Shown here: positions 54,387 to 64,000 of the stretch, one piece after another
Layout of the letters: each line of letters begins with the position of its first letter
Position numbering within the stretch: position 1 is the stretch's first letter
Assembly: GCF_050920415.1 (NCBI RefSeq)
Contig: NZ_CP169309.1
DNA from: Escherichia coli
GTDB lineage: Bacteria; Pseudomonadota; Gammaproteobacteria; Enterobacterales; Enterobacteriaceae
Reading direction: 5' to 3' (one strand)
DNA: 64,000 nt
The notes under the pieces: generated by a model
What the model saw: only the letters and a program-made list of their open reading frames with translations
Database searches by the model: none
What the model was told of the DNA's origin: nothing
Translations under genes and position numbers: made by a program

Positions 54387-54462
54387 TGGCTCCTCTGACT
54401 GGACTCGAACCAGTGACATACGGATTAACAGTCCGCCGTTCTACCGACTGAACTACAGAGGA
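54387..54462 (-). tRNA. asnT: tRNA-Asn (GUU)
   Basis: 76 nt, identical to the other three copies. Adjacent to mtfA as in K-12. Confidence 0.95.
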
Positions 54463-54562
54463 ATCGTGTGAACAGGGCGCATGTTACTTAGCGGTACCTT
54501 GTCTGTCAACACTAAATTTCATAAGTCATTTCAATTGGTTAATTAATCTGCAAAGTTGTTAA

Positions 54563-55360
54563 TTAATGAACATTCGTCGCCGAAAACGAGTCTGTATCAT
54601 TAGCGTGATGCAGTCTCTGCAAAGGATCTTGTTGATAAAATTGGCAGAAACGTTGCCACAATGAAGGGAAACGAGGAGCAAAAAGCTCAGGGGCGCTAAA
54701 GAAATATTCAGAAAGTACGGCAAAACACTCAGCAGGATCACTGGCAGCATAAGCATCGATGCTCGCCGCATTCTCACCGACTAATTCGATCTCTTCCTGA
54801 ATGTTGTTCATTGCGGCATGAAGATCGTGTTCCCAGCCAGCAACCTCACGCAACGGAATAAAGGGAACTCCGCTGGCGCGATCGCCGTTACGGGTGTCCA
54901 GCTTATGAGCGACTTCATGAATAATCAGGTTAAAACCAGAAGCATCAAACGAATCTTGTATATCCAACCAGTTCAAAACGATTGGCCCTTGCTGCCAGCT
55001 CTGACCTGACTGAACAATACGTTGGTTATGCACTAAACCGATATCGTCTTCCCACTCATCATCGACTACAAATGGCGCAGGGTAAATTAAGACTTCATGA
55101 AAACCATCCAGCCATTCTAGCCCTAACTCCAGAACGGGCAGGCAAAATAGAAGGGCTATCCGGCAGCTTCTTAATGAATCCAGCTCAAAGCCCTGTAAGG
55201 GAACAAGCCGTTTTTGCTGTAAAAAACGTTCGGCAAGAGTGACTAATTTGCTTTGTTCCTGTTCTGTCAGGCACGTTAAAAGGGGAATCGATAGTGCTTC
55301 CTGCCAGGGAAGGGCAGTTTGATGTGCTGATTCTTGTACTTTCCAGGGCCACTTAATCAT
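54563..55360 (-). CDS. mtfA: Mlc titration factor A (zinc metallopeptidase-like)
   Basis: ORF 54563..55399, with the start at [14 protein letters not shown] (265 aa). HEVAH zinc motif. Confidence 0.93.
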   Translation of the reverse strand: MIKWPWKVQESAHQTALPWQEALSIPLLTCLTEQEQSKLVTLAERFLQQKRLVPLQGFELDSLRSCRIALLFCLPVLELGLEWLDGFHEVLIYPAPFVVDDEWEDDIGLVHNQRIVQSGQSWQQGPIVLNWLDIQDSFDASGFNLIIHEVAHKLDTRNGDRASGVPFIPLREVAGWEHDLHAAMNNIQEEIELVGENAASIDAYAASDPAECFAVLSEYFFSAPELFAPRFPSLWQRFCQFYQQDPLQRLHHANDTDSFSATNVH

Positions 55361-55453
55361 CGTTTTGCTCGCAAACTCGTCACTTGAACAAAATTGCACG
55401 GACAGGGACTGTTAAAATGCCAAATTTCCTGGCATCATGGCAACCATCTGAAC

Positions 55454-55543
55454 GGAGAGATGCCGGAGCGGCTGAACGGACCGGTCTCGAAAACCGGAGT
55501 AGGGGCAACTCTACCGGGGGTTCAAATCCCCCTCTCTCCGCCA
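55454..55543 (+). tRNA. serU: tRNA-Ser (CGA)
   Basis: GGAGAGATGCCGGAGCGGCTGAACGGACCGGTCTCGAAAACCGGAGTAGGGGCAACTCTACCGGGGGTTCAAATCCCCCTCTCTCCGCCA. 90 nt with a long variable arm and anticodon CGA. Confidence 0.95.
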
Positions 55544-56126
55544 CTTTATCAATGACTTATCTCCCGACTTCCCGCCTTGCTTTTCCTAAACAGAACAATC
55601 GTAGAATATTCTTGAAGGGTTAGATCGTCACTGTTTTCTGTTCGATACTGTGACATTCAGCACTTGATTCGCTATGGATCAGACAGGAAGGTTTCGAGCG
55701 AAAATCTACTGTTATTCAGTCGTTTTCTTATCGGTCACCATTATTCTTCTCATCTTATGCTTTAGATATTGATCCTATGAAACCGATGTTACGTTAGTGG
55801 GCGGGAACTGAAGTTACGGAGTAAAAGGGTTAATAATTGAGCCAAAAAAGGAACGCGGCCGTCAGATTAAAGCCGCGGGACAAAGTCCATAATTTCCAAG
55901 AGTTGTTGAATTTCCCAGCTTTTTTGAAAGCCTTTGTATCATACTAACAAGTAAAAAAGGTTTAAATACCAAAATTAACCTGTATTTTTGATAAGTCTTA
56001 CCATTGTACGATTTACACAGTTTCTGCTCCTCCTTGTTGATAGTGGAAAGAGTGCGGTATGCACTTGCGTAAACATTTATGATGCGTTGATGTCCAGGGT
56101 TCACATTTCCTTGTCAGGGGATCGAC

Positions 56127-56657
56127 TTATTTGTGGCGAGGCATCATTCGTAACAGAGTATTATCTTTCTGAATGTAATGATGAAAGAGCGCTGCGCCAG
56201 CGTGGGCTGCGATTAAAAAGTAACCTATGTTCGCCCAGGTTTCGTGAATATTTTTTATCAATGCTTTAATTTCACTGTTTGGGGTAACAAAAGGCGGCAC
56301 ATTGAAACCAAGGAAACTCCACGATTTTCCACTATAAGCCATTAAAGCAATCCCCAACAGTGGAAGCGCAAGGAAGGTTATATAAAGCATGATGTGCATT
56401 AGCGAAGCCGCTTTCATTTGCCAGGCAGGTGGCGGTGGCACAATAGAGGGATCACTATAACGGTGTTTTATTATAAGGCGTGAAAACATTAACACCCAAA
56501 CGAAGATACCCGCATTGTAATGTGTTTCACGCATCAACAGATAAGTATTACTACCTTTGGGAAACCAGCCACGGAGTTCCATTGCGGCATAAGTGATTGC
56601 AATGAAAAGCAGCGTTATCCAGTGTAAATAAATTTGAGTTTTTGAGAATCGATTCAT
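56127..56657 (-). CDS. yodB: Cytochrome b561 homologue
   Basis: ORF 56127..56687, with the start at MNRFSKTQIYLHWI (176 aa). Four TM helices with conserved His residues. Confidence 0.9.
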   Translation of the reverse strand: MNRFSKTQIYLHWITLLFIAITYAAMELRGWFPKGSNTYLLMRETHYNAGIFVWVLMFSRLIIKHRYSDPSIVPPPPAWQMKAASLMHIMLYITFLALPLLGIALMAYSGKSWSFLGFNVPPFVTPNSEIKALIKNIHETWANIGYFLIAAHAGAALFHHYIQKDNTLLRMMPRHK

Positions 56658-57001
56658 TTTTATAGCTCCTGTAATTTTCACAGTCAAGCTATCCCACGAA
56701 CCTTAAAAATACCTTATACAGATGTGGTTTTAAGAATTTGTTATTTAAAAAATTGAAAAGGGTAAATTGTGAACAGTCAATATAAGCAATTGCCTGCGCC
56801 CAGTTATCTTACGCTGTTGGCAGTATTGTATATGGAGTCCGTTATTGATTAACCCTATGAGGGCTTGCTTATTAAGATGCAGACACGTCATAGCGATGAG
56901 CGTGTCTGCAGCTACCTTGCATTCAGTGGCGTTTGTGGATGGACCTGTGGCTGCTATGATAACTTAATAAAAACGGCATCGAGACGCTATTCATGGAAGA
57001 C

Positions 57002-57652
57002 TCAATGAGACATCATCTCCTCGACCACTTCTTCGCTACTCAACTGATAGGGATAATACGTTGGCCAGTTTTCCATTTCATTCAATAAAGATTGCTGTGA
57101 ATCATTACCCATAAAAATGTGAAAATGAGATGATTTTCGTGGTGCAATTATATGATCGCTAAATTGTATATATTTAGGGGCTTTGCTTTCAGGATCTTTA
57201 CATTCGAATAAGTAACGAACGCCTTTCTTGCCTGATTTATAGGTGAGTATTTTGTAGCCATCGTAATCATATTTACAGGATGTAGTTTCGTTATTTATAT
57301 GGAATTCAATAATGCCGTCCTCAATACCAATCATTTCGATATCTGTCGAGTAGCCTTTCTGATAATAATCTTTAACTTCTGCGAATGTTTTGGTTTTATC
57401 TGCATTCGCTTTCTTTCGAAAGACGGGGTCAAGCTTGCCATTTTGCAGTAAGGGATAAACGGATTGCCAGACTCCATCCCAGTCACTGAGCGTTCGGTTT
57501 TGTACATTGGCATCATCAAAAACACCGTTAGCCGCTTTTTGTTCGACCTCTGTTAAGGGTTTGCCGTGTGAGTGATGACCATGCGAAAAGGCAGGAGCGC
57601 TAACAATAAAGACACCTAAAGCAATAGCCAGTTTATTAAGACGAATCGCCAA
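57002..57652 (-). CDS. zinT: Periplasmic zinc/cadmium-binding protein
   Basis: 216-aa ORF with a signal peptide followed by a His-rich HGHHSHG stretch. Confidence 0.94.
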   Translation of the reverse strand: MAIRLNKLAIALGVFIVSAPAFSHGHHSHGKPLTEVEQKAANGVFDDANVQNRTLSDWDGVWQSVYPLLQNGKLDPVFRKKANADKTKTFAEVKDYYQKGYSTDIEMIGIEDGIIEFHINNETTSCKYDYDGYKILTYKSGKKGVRYLFECKDPESKAPKYIQFSDHIIAPRKSSHFHIFMGNDSQQSLLNEMENWPTYYPYQLSSEEVVEEMMSH

Positions 57653-57688
57653 AACAGTTTCCTCCAGAGTTATTGTACATGACGTGTT

Positions 57689-57705
57689 ATGTTATATTGT
57701 AACAT
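57689..57705. promoter_or_regulatory. Zur box in the zinT promoter
   Basis: ATGTTATATTGTAACAT: the dyad ATGTTA-N5-TAACAT lies ~40 bp upstream of the zinT start. Confidence 0.75.
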
Positions 57706-57908
57706 ATGACGAAATGCAATAACTCTTAGGAAACAAGAGCATAGTTTTCTCAGGTGTATTTACCTATCTTATTGAAATGAAATAAATTATGTCGATGATT
57801 TGAGGTTGATGACAAACGAAACATAACTTGATGCGATCTGTGTGGGCCGGATAAGGCGCTCACACCGCATCCGGCAGGGATAACGCGTACTTTGTCGGCA
57901 ATATGAAG

Positions 57909-58544
57909 TTATAGAGATGATTTGTTGTGAACCTGCTTGCGTAATCGGTTGAAAAGGGAAAGTAGCTTTTTATACCGTAAGGCTAAAAGCAGTACAGCCA
58001 GCCCAGCGTAGATGAGTGGCTGCGGTGAAATAATCTTCACTGACCACAGATAATGTATTGGAGCCAGGATCGCGACAAGATAGACGAAGTTATGCAACTG
58101 TTGCCAGTGTTTGCCGAGTTTTCGCTGCATCGCCTGGGTTGAAGTGAACGCTAAAGCAAGCAAAATTACCCAACTAATAATACCTAACGTTAAATAAGGT
58201 CGGGTGATTAACTCCTTGCCTAATAACGCCAGATTATTCACGCCCAGCTCCAGTAATGCGTAACTGGTTAAATGCAGTGTCGCCCAGGCAAAGCACCATA
58301 AGCCTAACAGGCGTCGAGTCCGCATCAATAACGGCTGTTTTGCGTAACGTGCCAGAGGTGTAATTAACAAGGTCGCCAGCAAAAATTTCAGTGCAGTGCG
58401 TCCGGTAAAATGCTGAATATCTTTCACCGGATCGGCTCCTAGTCCACCGTGATTGATCGCCCAGGCAAGCCAGAGCAACGGCAACAATCCGGCAAGATGC
58501 AGGCAAAGTTTTAGCCATGTCACCTGTTTTGCTGTCAGACGCAT
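57909..58544 (-). CDS. msrQ: Methionine sulfoxide reductase haem-binding membrane subunit
   Basis: 211-aa polytopic ORF immediately downstream of msrP. Confidence 0.93.
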   Translation of the reverse strand: MRLTAKQVTWLKLCLHLAGLLPLLWLAWAINHGGLGADPVKDIQHFTGRTALKFLLATLLITPLARYAKQPLLMRTRRLLGLWCFAWATLHLTSYALLELGVNNLALLGKELITRPYLTLGIISWVILLALAFTSTQAMQRKLGKHWQQLHNFVYLVAILAPIHYLWSVKIISPQPLIYAGLAVLLLALRYKKLLSLFNRLRKQVHNKSSL

Positions 58545-59555
<1,011 letters not shown>

Positions 59556-59651
59556 TCACACTGTTTTGTCGTTAACCAGTAAGAGATTGTTAATCTGTCA
59601 GGGAGTCTCCTCCCTAACAGTAGCAGAGATCTGCTTTTACATATTTACGCA

Positions 59652-60065
59652 TTAACTGCCACGATAGGTTGAATACCCATATTGGCTAAGTAACAAAGGT
59701 ACATGATAATGCTCGTTCACTTTATTAATTTGAAACTCAACAGGGATCTCAGGGAAGAAACTTTCAAGATTTTGTTTCTTAAAATATTCTCCAGTTTTAA
59801 ATACAACACGGTAATCGCCCGTGGTTGCAGTTTGCTCGGGCCACAGTGCCTTGATTCGTCCATCCTTATCTGTTTTGGCGGTATTAAGTTGTAACCAGCC
59901 GTTATCCGCTTTCTTTTCCAGAGTGACTGTCACGTCGGCAGCGGGTTTTCCTGTTTGCTGGTTCAAAATGTGCACGCTAAGAATGTTTTGTTGTGCGGCA
60001 TAAACCAAAGAAGGTAATGAAAATGCAGCCGTTGCAACCGAGAGTAGTAAATAACGCTTTAACAT
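59652..60065 (-). CDS. hiuH: 5-hydroxyisourate hydrolase (transthyretin-like)
   Basis: 137-aa ORF with a signal peptide and the C-terminal YRGS signature. Confidence 0.93.
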   Translation of the reverse strand: MLKRYLLLSVATAAFSLPSLVYAAQQNILSVHILNQQTGKPAADVTVTLEKKADNGWLQLNTAKTDKDGRIKALWPEQTATTGDYRVVFKTGEYFKKQNLESFFPEIPVEFQINKVNEHYHVPLLLSQYGYSTYRGS

Positions 60066-60134
60066 GTTTATATCCTTGTCATGTGAATGAGTTTTGAGGA
60101 TAGCGAAAAAACGTCTGTGATAACCTTACAGAAG

Positions 60135-60152
60135 CATTACAATTTTGTAATG
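60135..60152. promoter_or_regulatory. HprR/CusR-type response-regulator box between hiuH and hprR
   Basis: CATTACAATTTTGTAATG: the 8-bp perfect inverted arms CATTACAA/TTGTAATG match the recalled HprR/CusR box. Confidence 0.7.
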
Positions 60153-60197
60153 AACCAGGCTGTTTCTATAACATATGATTTATGGCATATTATTTTC

Positions 60198-60869
60198 ATG
60201 AAGATTCTACTTATTGAAGATAATCAAAGGACCCAGGAATGGGTAACGCAGGGGCTTTCAGAAGCAGGTTATGTCATTGATGCGGTTTCTGATGGCAGAG
60301 ATGGGCTTTATCTTGCGCTGAAGGATGATTATGCATTGATCATTCTGGATATTATGCTTCCGGGTATGGATGGCTGGCAGATCTTACAAACGTTACGAAC
60401 GGCAAAGCAAACCCCCGTTATTTGCCTTACAGCAAGGGATTCTGTCGATGACAGAGTCAGAGGGCTGGACAGTGGGGCAAATGATTATCTGGTAAAACCT
60501 TTTTCATTTTCTGAGTTGCTGGCGAGGGTTCGGGCACAATTAAGGCAACATCATGCGCTGAATTCAACATTAGAAATCAGCGGATTAAGAATGGACTCTG
60601 TCAGCCAAAGTGTGAGCAGGGACAATATCAGTATTACACTGACGCGCAAGGAGTTTCAGTTACTTTGGCTACTGGCCTCCAGAGCTGGCGAAATTATACC
60701 CAGAACGGTTATTGCGAGTGAAATTTGGGGAATCAATTTCGATAGTGATACTAATACGGTGGATGTCGCTATTCGCAGGCTCCGCGCAAAAGTTGATGAT
60801 CCTTTTCCTGAAAAGCTAATCGCTACAATCCGGGGAATGGGGTATTCATTTGTAGCGGTAAAAAAATAA
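60198..60869 (+). CDS. hprR: OmpR-family response regulator (H2O2/HOCl-responsive two-component system)
   Basis: ORF 60087..60869, with the start at MKILLIEDNQ (223 aa). Receiver Asp context LIILDIMLPGMDG. Winged-helix C-terminus. Confidence 0.92.
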   Translation: MKILLIEDNQRTQEWVTQGLSEAGYVIDAVSDGRDGLYLALKDDYALIILDIMLPGMDGWQILQTLRTAKQTPVICLTARDSVDDRVRGLDSGANDYLVKPFSFSELLARVRAQLRQHHALNSTLEISGLRMDSVSQSVSRDNISITLTRKEFQLLWLLASRAGEIIPRTVIASEIWGINFDSDTNTVDVAIRRLRAKVDDPFPEKLIATIRGMGYSFVAVKK

Positions 60870-62227
60870 TGAAAAGATTATCTATAACCGTCCGTTTAAC
60901 CTTGCTTTTTATATTGCTACTGTCTGTCACTGGCGCTGGAATTGTCTGGACTCTCTATAATGGCCTGGCAAGTGAGTTGAAATGGCGCGATGATACAACA
61001 CTCATTAACCGGACAGCGCAGATCAAGCAGTTGTTAATTGATGGGGTAAATCCAGATACGTTACCTGTGTACTTTAACCGGATGATGGATGTTAGTCAGG
61101 ATATCTTGATCATTCATGGTGATGGCATCAATAAAATTGTTAACCGGACGAATGTCAGTGATGATATGTTAAATAACATACCTACGACTGAGGCAATCAG
61201 TGCAGCTGGCATTTACAGAAGCATTATTAATGACACAGAGATAGATGCTTTACGAATTAACATTGATGAAATTTCGCCATCATTAACGGTTACTGTGGCT
61301 AAATTGGCTTCAGCCAGACATAACATGCTTGAACAGTATAAAATTAATAGCATTATAATTTGCATCGTCGCCATTATACTGTGCTCAGTATTAAGTCCGC
61401 TGTTAATCAGAACGGGATTACGAGAGATCAAAAAGTTGAGTGGGGTAACGGAAGCATTAAATTATAACGACACCCGAGAGCCTGTTGAGGTTATCGCACT
61501 ACCGAGTGAATTAAAACCTCTTGGTCAGGCGTTGAATAAAATGCACCATGCTTTAGTAAAAGATTTTGAGCGCCTTAGCCAATTTGCTGACGATCTCGCT
61601 CATGAACTTAGAACGCCAATTAATGCATTACTGGGTCAGAATCAGGTGACGCTCAGTCAAACCCGAAGTATCGCTGAGTATCAAAAAACAATTGCCGGAA
61701 ACATTGAAGAGCTGGAAAATATTTCGCGGTTAACAGAGAATATACTGTTTCTTGCCAGAGCAGATAAAAGCAATGTTTTGGTGAAACTGGATTCGCTCTC
61801 TCTTAACAAGGAAATTGGGAATTTGTTAGACTATCTGGAATACCTTTCAGAAGAGAAAGAGATTCGTTTTCAGGTCGAGTGCAATCAGCAAATCTTTGCG
61901 GATGAAATTTTACTTCAACGAATGTTATCGAATCTTATTGTTAACGCCATTCGATATTCACCAGAAAAATCGTGCATTCATATAACCAGTTTTCTTGATG
62001 CCAACGGCTCTCTTAATATTGATATCGCCAGCCCTGGATCGAAAATTAATGAGCCGGAAAAACTCTTCCGTAGATTTTGGCGGGGAGATAATTCGCGTCA
62101 TTCTGCAGGTCAGGGGCTTGGCCTTTCTTTAGTCAAAGCAATTGCCGAATTGCATGGGGGAAGTGCTACGTATCACTATTTAAATCAACATAATGTGTTC
62201 CGTATTACGTTACCGCAAAGAAATTAA
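60869..62227 (+). CDS. hprS: Sensor histidine kinase
   Basis: 452-aa ORF with two TM segments, an H-box (LAHELRTPIN), and N and G boxes. Its start overlaps the hprR stop. Confidence 0.92.
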   Translation: MKRLSITVRLTLLFILLLSVTGAGIVWTLYNGLASELKWRDDTTLINRTAQIKQLLIDGVNPDTLPVYFNRMMDVSQDILIIHGDGINKIVNRTNVSDDMLNNIPTTEAISAAGIYRSIINDTEIDALRINIDEISPSLTVTVAKLASARHNMLEQYKINSIIICIVAIILCSVLSPLLIRTGLREIKKLSGVTEALNYNDTREPVEVIALPSELKPLGQALNKMHHALVKDFERLSQFADDLAHELRTPINALLGQNQVTLSQTRSIAEYQKTIAGNIEELENISRLTENILFLARADKSNVLVKLDSLSLNKEIGNLLDYLEYLSEEKEIRFQVECNQQIFADEILLQRMLSNLIVNAIRYSPEKSCIHITSFLDANGSLNIDIASPGSKINEPEKLFRRFWRGDNSRHSAGQGLGLSLVKAIAELHGGSATYHYLNQHNVFRITLPQRN

Positions 62228-62334
62228 CCTATGGCTTCAGTACGCCACAGGTTAACCGTGAAAAAACGCAGCCACGCCGTGAGTACTCACGTGGCTGCGA
62301 TTGATTATGCGCTTACATTACAATGTAACAGGGA

Positions 62335-63186
62335 TTAACCCACGTAAGCTGCCAGCATTTCCTGTGCTGCCAGTTTACCCAACGCATTCGCTGCGAAAGG
62401 ACTGTCGCCGGTGAGAACTTTACGGTCCTTATGTACTCGCCCGGTGATGTCGTCATTAATGATGTTCATGCCCATTTTCTTCAGCTCTTCGCCGAAGTAC
62501 CAGGTGAGATGACCCGGCATATAGCCAATATCTGGCGTTTGTTTGTCTGCGGCGTCTGGGAATGCGCAAATGGAATAACCGTTCAGTGGGTTATCGCCGT
62601 GGCGAAGCGCCAGAAATGCCGCCGGGCCGTGGCAAAGGGAGATAACAAAACGGTTATTTTTGATTGCCCACTGCAAAGCGTTAGCCACGTCCTGGCTTTC
62701 AGGTAAACCAATAAGTGCGCCATGACCACCAGGAACAAAGATTGCTGCATATTCGCTGTCAGCATTGAGGCTGGCGACAATATCCGCGAGTTTCTTCGGA
62801 TTGCGGAACAACGATTTATGCTGCTCAAAGAACGGCATTACCTTTTCATCTTTGTGTGGCATAGCCCAGTATTCAAACTTGGTCATCAGGCCGGAAATGG
62901 TCGCCACTTCGAATTCGAAACCTGCCGCATGGAGATGATACAACGGCAGCAACGTTTCAATCGGATGATTACCGGTTGAGAACAATTTGCCATTGTCGGT
63001 CGGCAAATAACGTTCGTCCGCGGCGATCACCAGAATTTTGTGTTTACCGCGATACGGTTTTGGATAGTCCACGCCATCAAGATCAGAGACAGGACTGGTA
63101 TATTGGCTAAGCGAATATTCTGAAGGGAAGAATGCATTATCTTCAGCAGTATCGACCTGCGGATCTTTACTTTTTTGAACAGTCAT
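62335..63186 (-). CDS. hchA: Hsp31 glyoxalase III / protein deglycase (DJ-1/PfpI family)
   Basis: 283-aa ORF (MTVQKSKDPQVDTAEDNAFFPSEYSLSQY...) with the nucleophile-elbow Cys in VISLCHGPAA. Confidence 0.94.
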   Translation of the reverse strand: MTVQKSKDPQVDTAEDNAFFPSEYSLSQYTSPVSDLDGVDYPKPYRGKHKILVIAADERYLPTDNGKLFSTGNHPIETLLPLYHLHAAGFEFEVATISGLMTKFEYWAMPHKDEKVMPFFEQHKSLFRNPKKLADIVASLNADSEYAAIFVPGGHGALIGLPESQDVANALQWAIKNNRFVISLCHGPAAFLALRHGDNPLNGYSICAFPDAADKQTPDIGYMPGHLTWYFGEELKKMGMNIINDDITGRVHKDRKVLTGDSPFAANALGKLAAQEMLAAYVG

Positions 63187-63688
63187 AGTGTATTCCTTGT
63201 TGTTGCTTAGTTAGGTTAGTCACTATATTTGCGACTGAGCTGGTCGCTATTTTTAACCAGGCTGGAAAATTGAGTCAATATATCGAAAGCGGTAGGCGAC
63301 GAGGGAAAATATGTAATGATGATGCTGCACTGATGTTGAATGTTTCTCACGCCAAATTTTCCTTTTTGAGTCATGTGGTCACAAGTGACTTCAATGATTT
63401 TAGACCATTATTAGAGGTCTGGGACGACGATGAGAGATTTAGTGCTATGGAATATTGTTATTCTGTTGAATATTTATATCCCGGACTGCTATAGAAAAGG
63501 CTTTTTTTATGCACTATTTTTGCAAATATTTTTATATGGGAGGCGGTTTTGTTGCGGATTAATTCATAAAGAAATGCATTTGGGGTGGCTGGAAGAGTCG
63601 CTGGTAGATGTTATTGTGCCAGGAGGGGCAGGGTAAGGTGCTGTATCGATATGTTTGGCAATTGCGTGTGCCGTAGATGGAGATGAAA

Positions 63689-64000
63689 TGATCTTACCCA
63701 GTAATAGTGGACACTCGGATAAGTGAGTAAACTCTCAGTCAGAGGTGACTCACATGACAAAATCTGTATCAACCAGCAAAAAAGCACGTAAACAACATTC
63801 GCCTGAATTTCGCAGTGAAGCCCTGAAACTTGCTGAACGCATCGGTGTGCTGCCGCAGCCCGTGAACTCAGCCTGTATGAATCACAGCTCTACAACTGGC
63901 GCAGTAAACAGCAACATCAGCAGACTTCTTATGAACGTGAGCTGGAGATGCCCACCGGGGTTGCACGTCTCAAACGCCAGCTGGCAGAGCGGGATGAAGA
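63689..64000 (+). mobile_element. Left end of an IS3-like element (continues past the window); orfA appears frameshifted
   Basis: Begins TGATCTTACCCAGTAATAGTGGACAC..., an IS3-type IRL. orfA starts at the ATG at 63754 (MTKSVSTSKKARKQHSPEFRSEALKLAERIGV), then loses the expected ..TAAARELSLYESQLYNWRSKQQ.. reading. That text reappears in another frame. Confidence 0.75.

Noticed and set aside
63270-63636. ORFs 63270..63494 and 63430..63636 upstream of hchA
   Set aside because: They have non-ATG or weak starts, AT-rich sequence and no recognisable domains. They are most likely promoter or spacer DNA.

Overview
This is an Escherichia coli chromosomal segment. From memory it is colinear with the K-12 gnd-his / tRNA-Asn neighbourhood, read in the opposite direction to K-12 numbering.

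Gene order: the tail of a low-GC O-antigen cluster (a sulfatase-family gene with a broken frame), gnd, ugd, wzzB, the complete hisLGDCBHAFI operon, yeeZ, yeeY, plaP, sbcB, dacD, sbmC, yeeA, yeeX, a pduV-like remnant and cobUST. Next comes ldtA, which is split by a 1310-bp IS629-type IS3-family element. Four identical tRNA-Asn genes follow, interleaved with nac, cbl, yeeO, yeeN, amn, shiA, an apparently intact yeeL and a giant yeeJ inverse-autotransporter adhesin. The window ends with mtfA, serU, yodB, zinT, msrQ-msrP-hiuH, hprRS, hchA and the first ~310 bp of a decayed IS3-like element.

The main accessory feature is an ~8.3-kb islet integrated at asnT (46108..54386). It is bounded by a 21-bp direct repeat of the tRNA 3' end and carries only stumps of integrase genes. 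Its cargo is a divergent LysR regulator and a tightly coupled five-gene operon: an isochorismatase-family hydrolase, a HypE-like protein, a full-length HypF-like carbamoyltransferase, a HAD phosphatase and an MFS transporter. No HypC, HypD or hydrogenase gene lies nearby. I consider this orphan HypF/HypE module the best candidate for an undescribed system.

Other points of interest are a 609-bp tandem duplication inside yeeJ and an A6-tract frameshift in the O-antigen gene. Compared with the K-12 map as I recall it, yefM-yoeB, yeeD-yeeE and prophage CP4-44 are absent. No CRISPR array or rRNA was seen. All homology statements rest on motif reading and recollection of E. coli proteins, not on searches.
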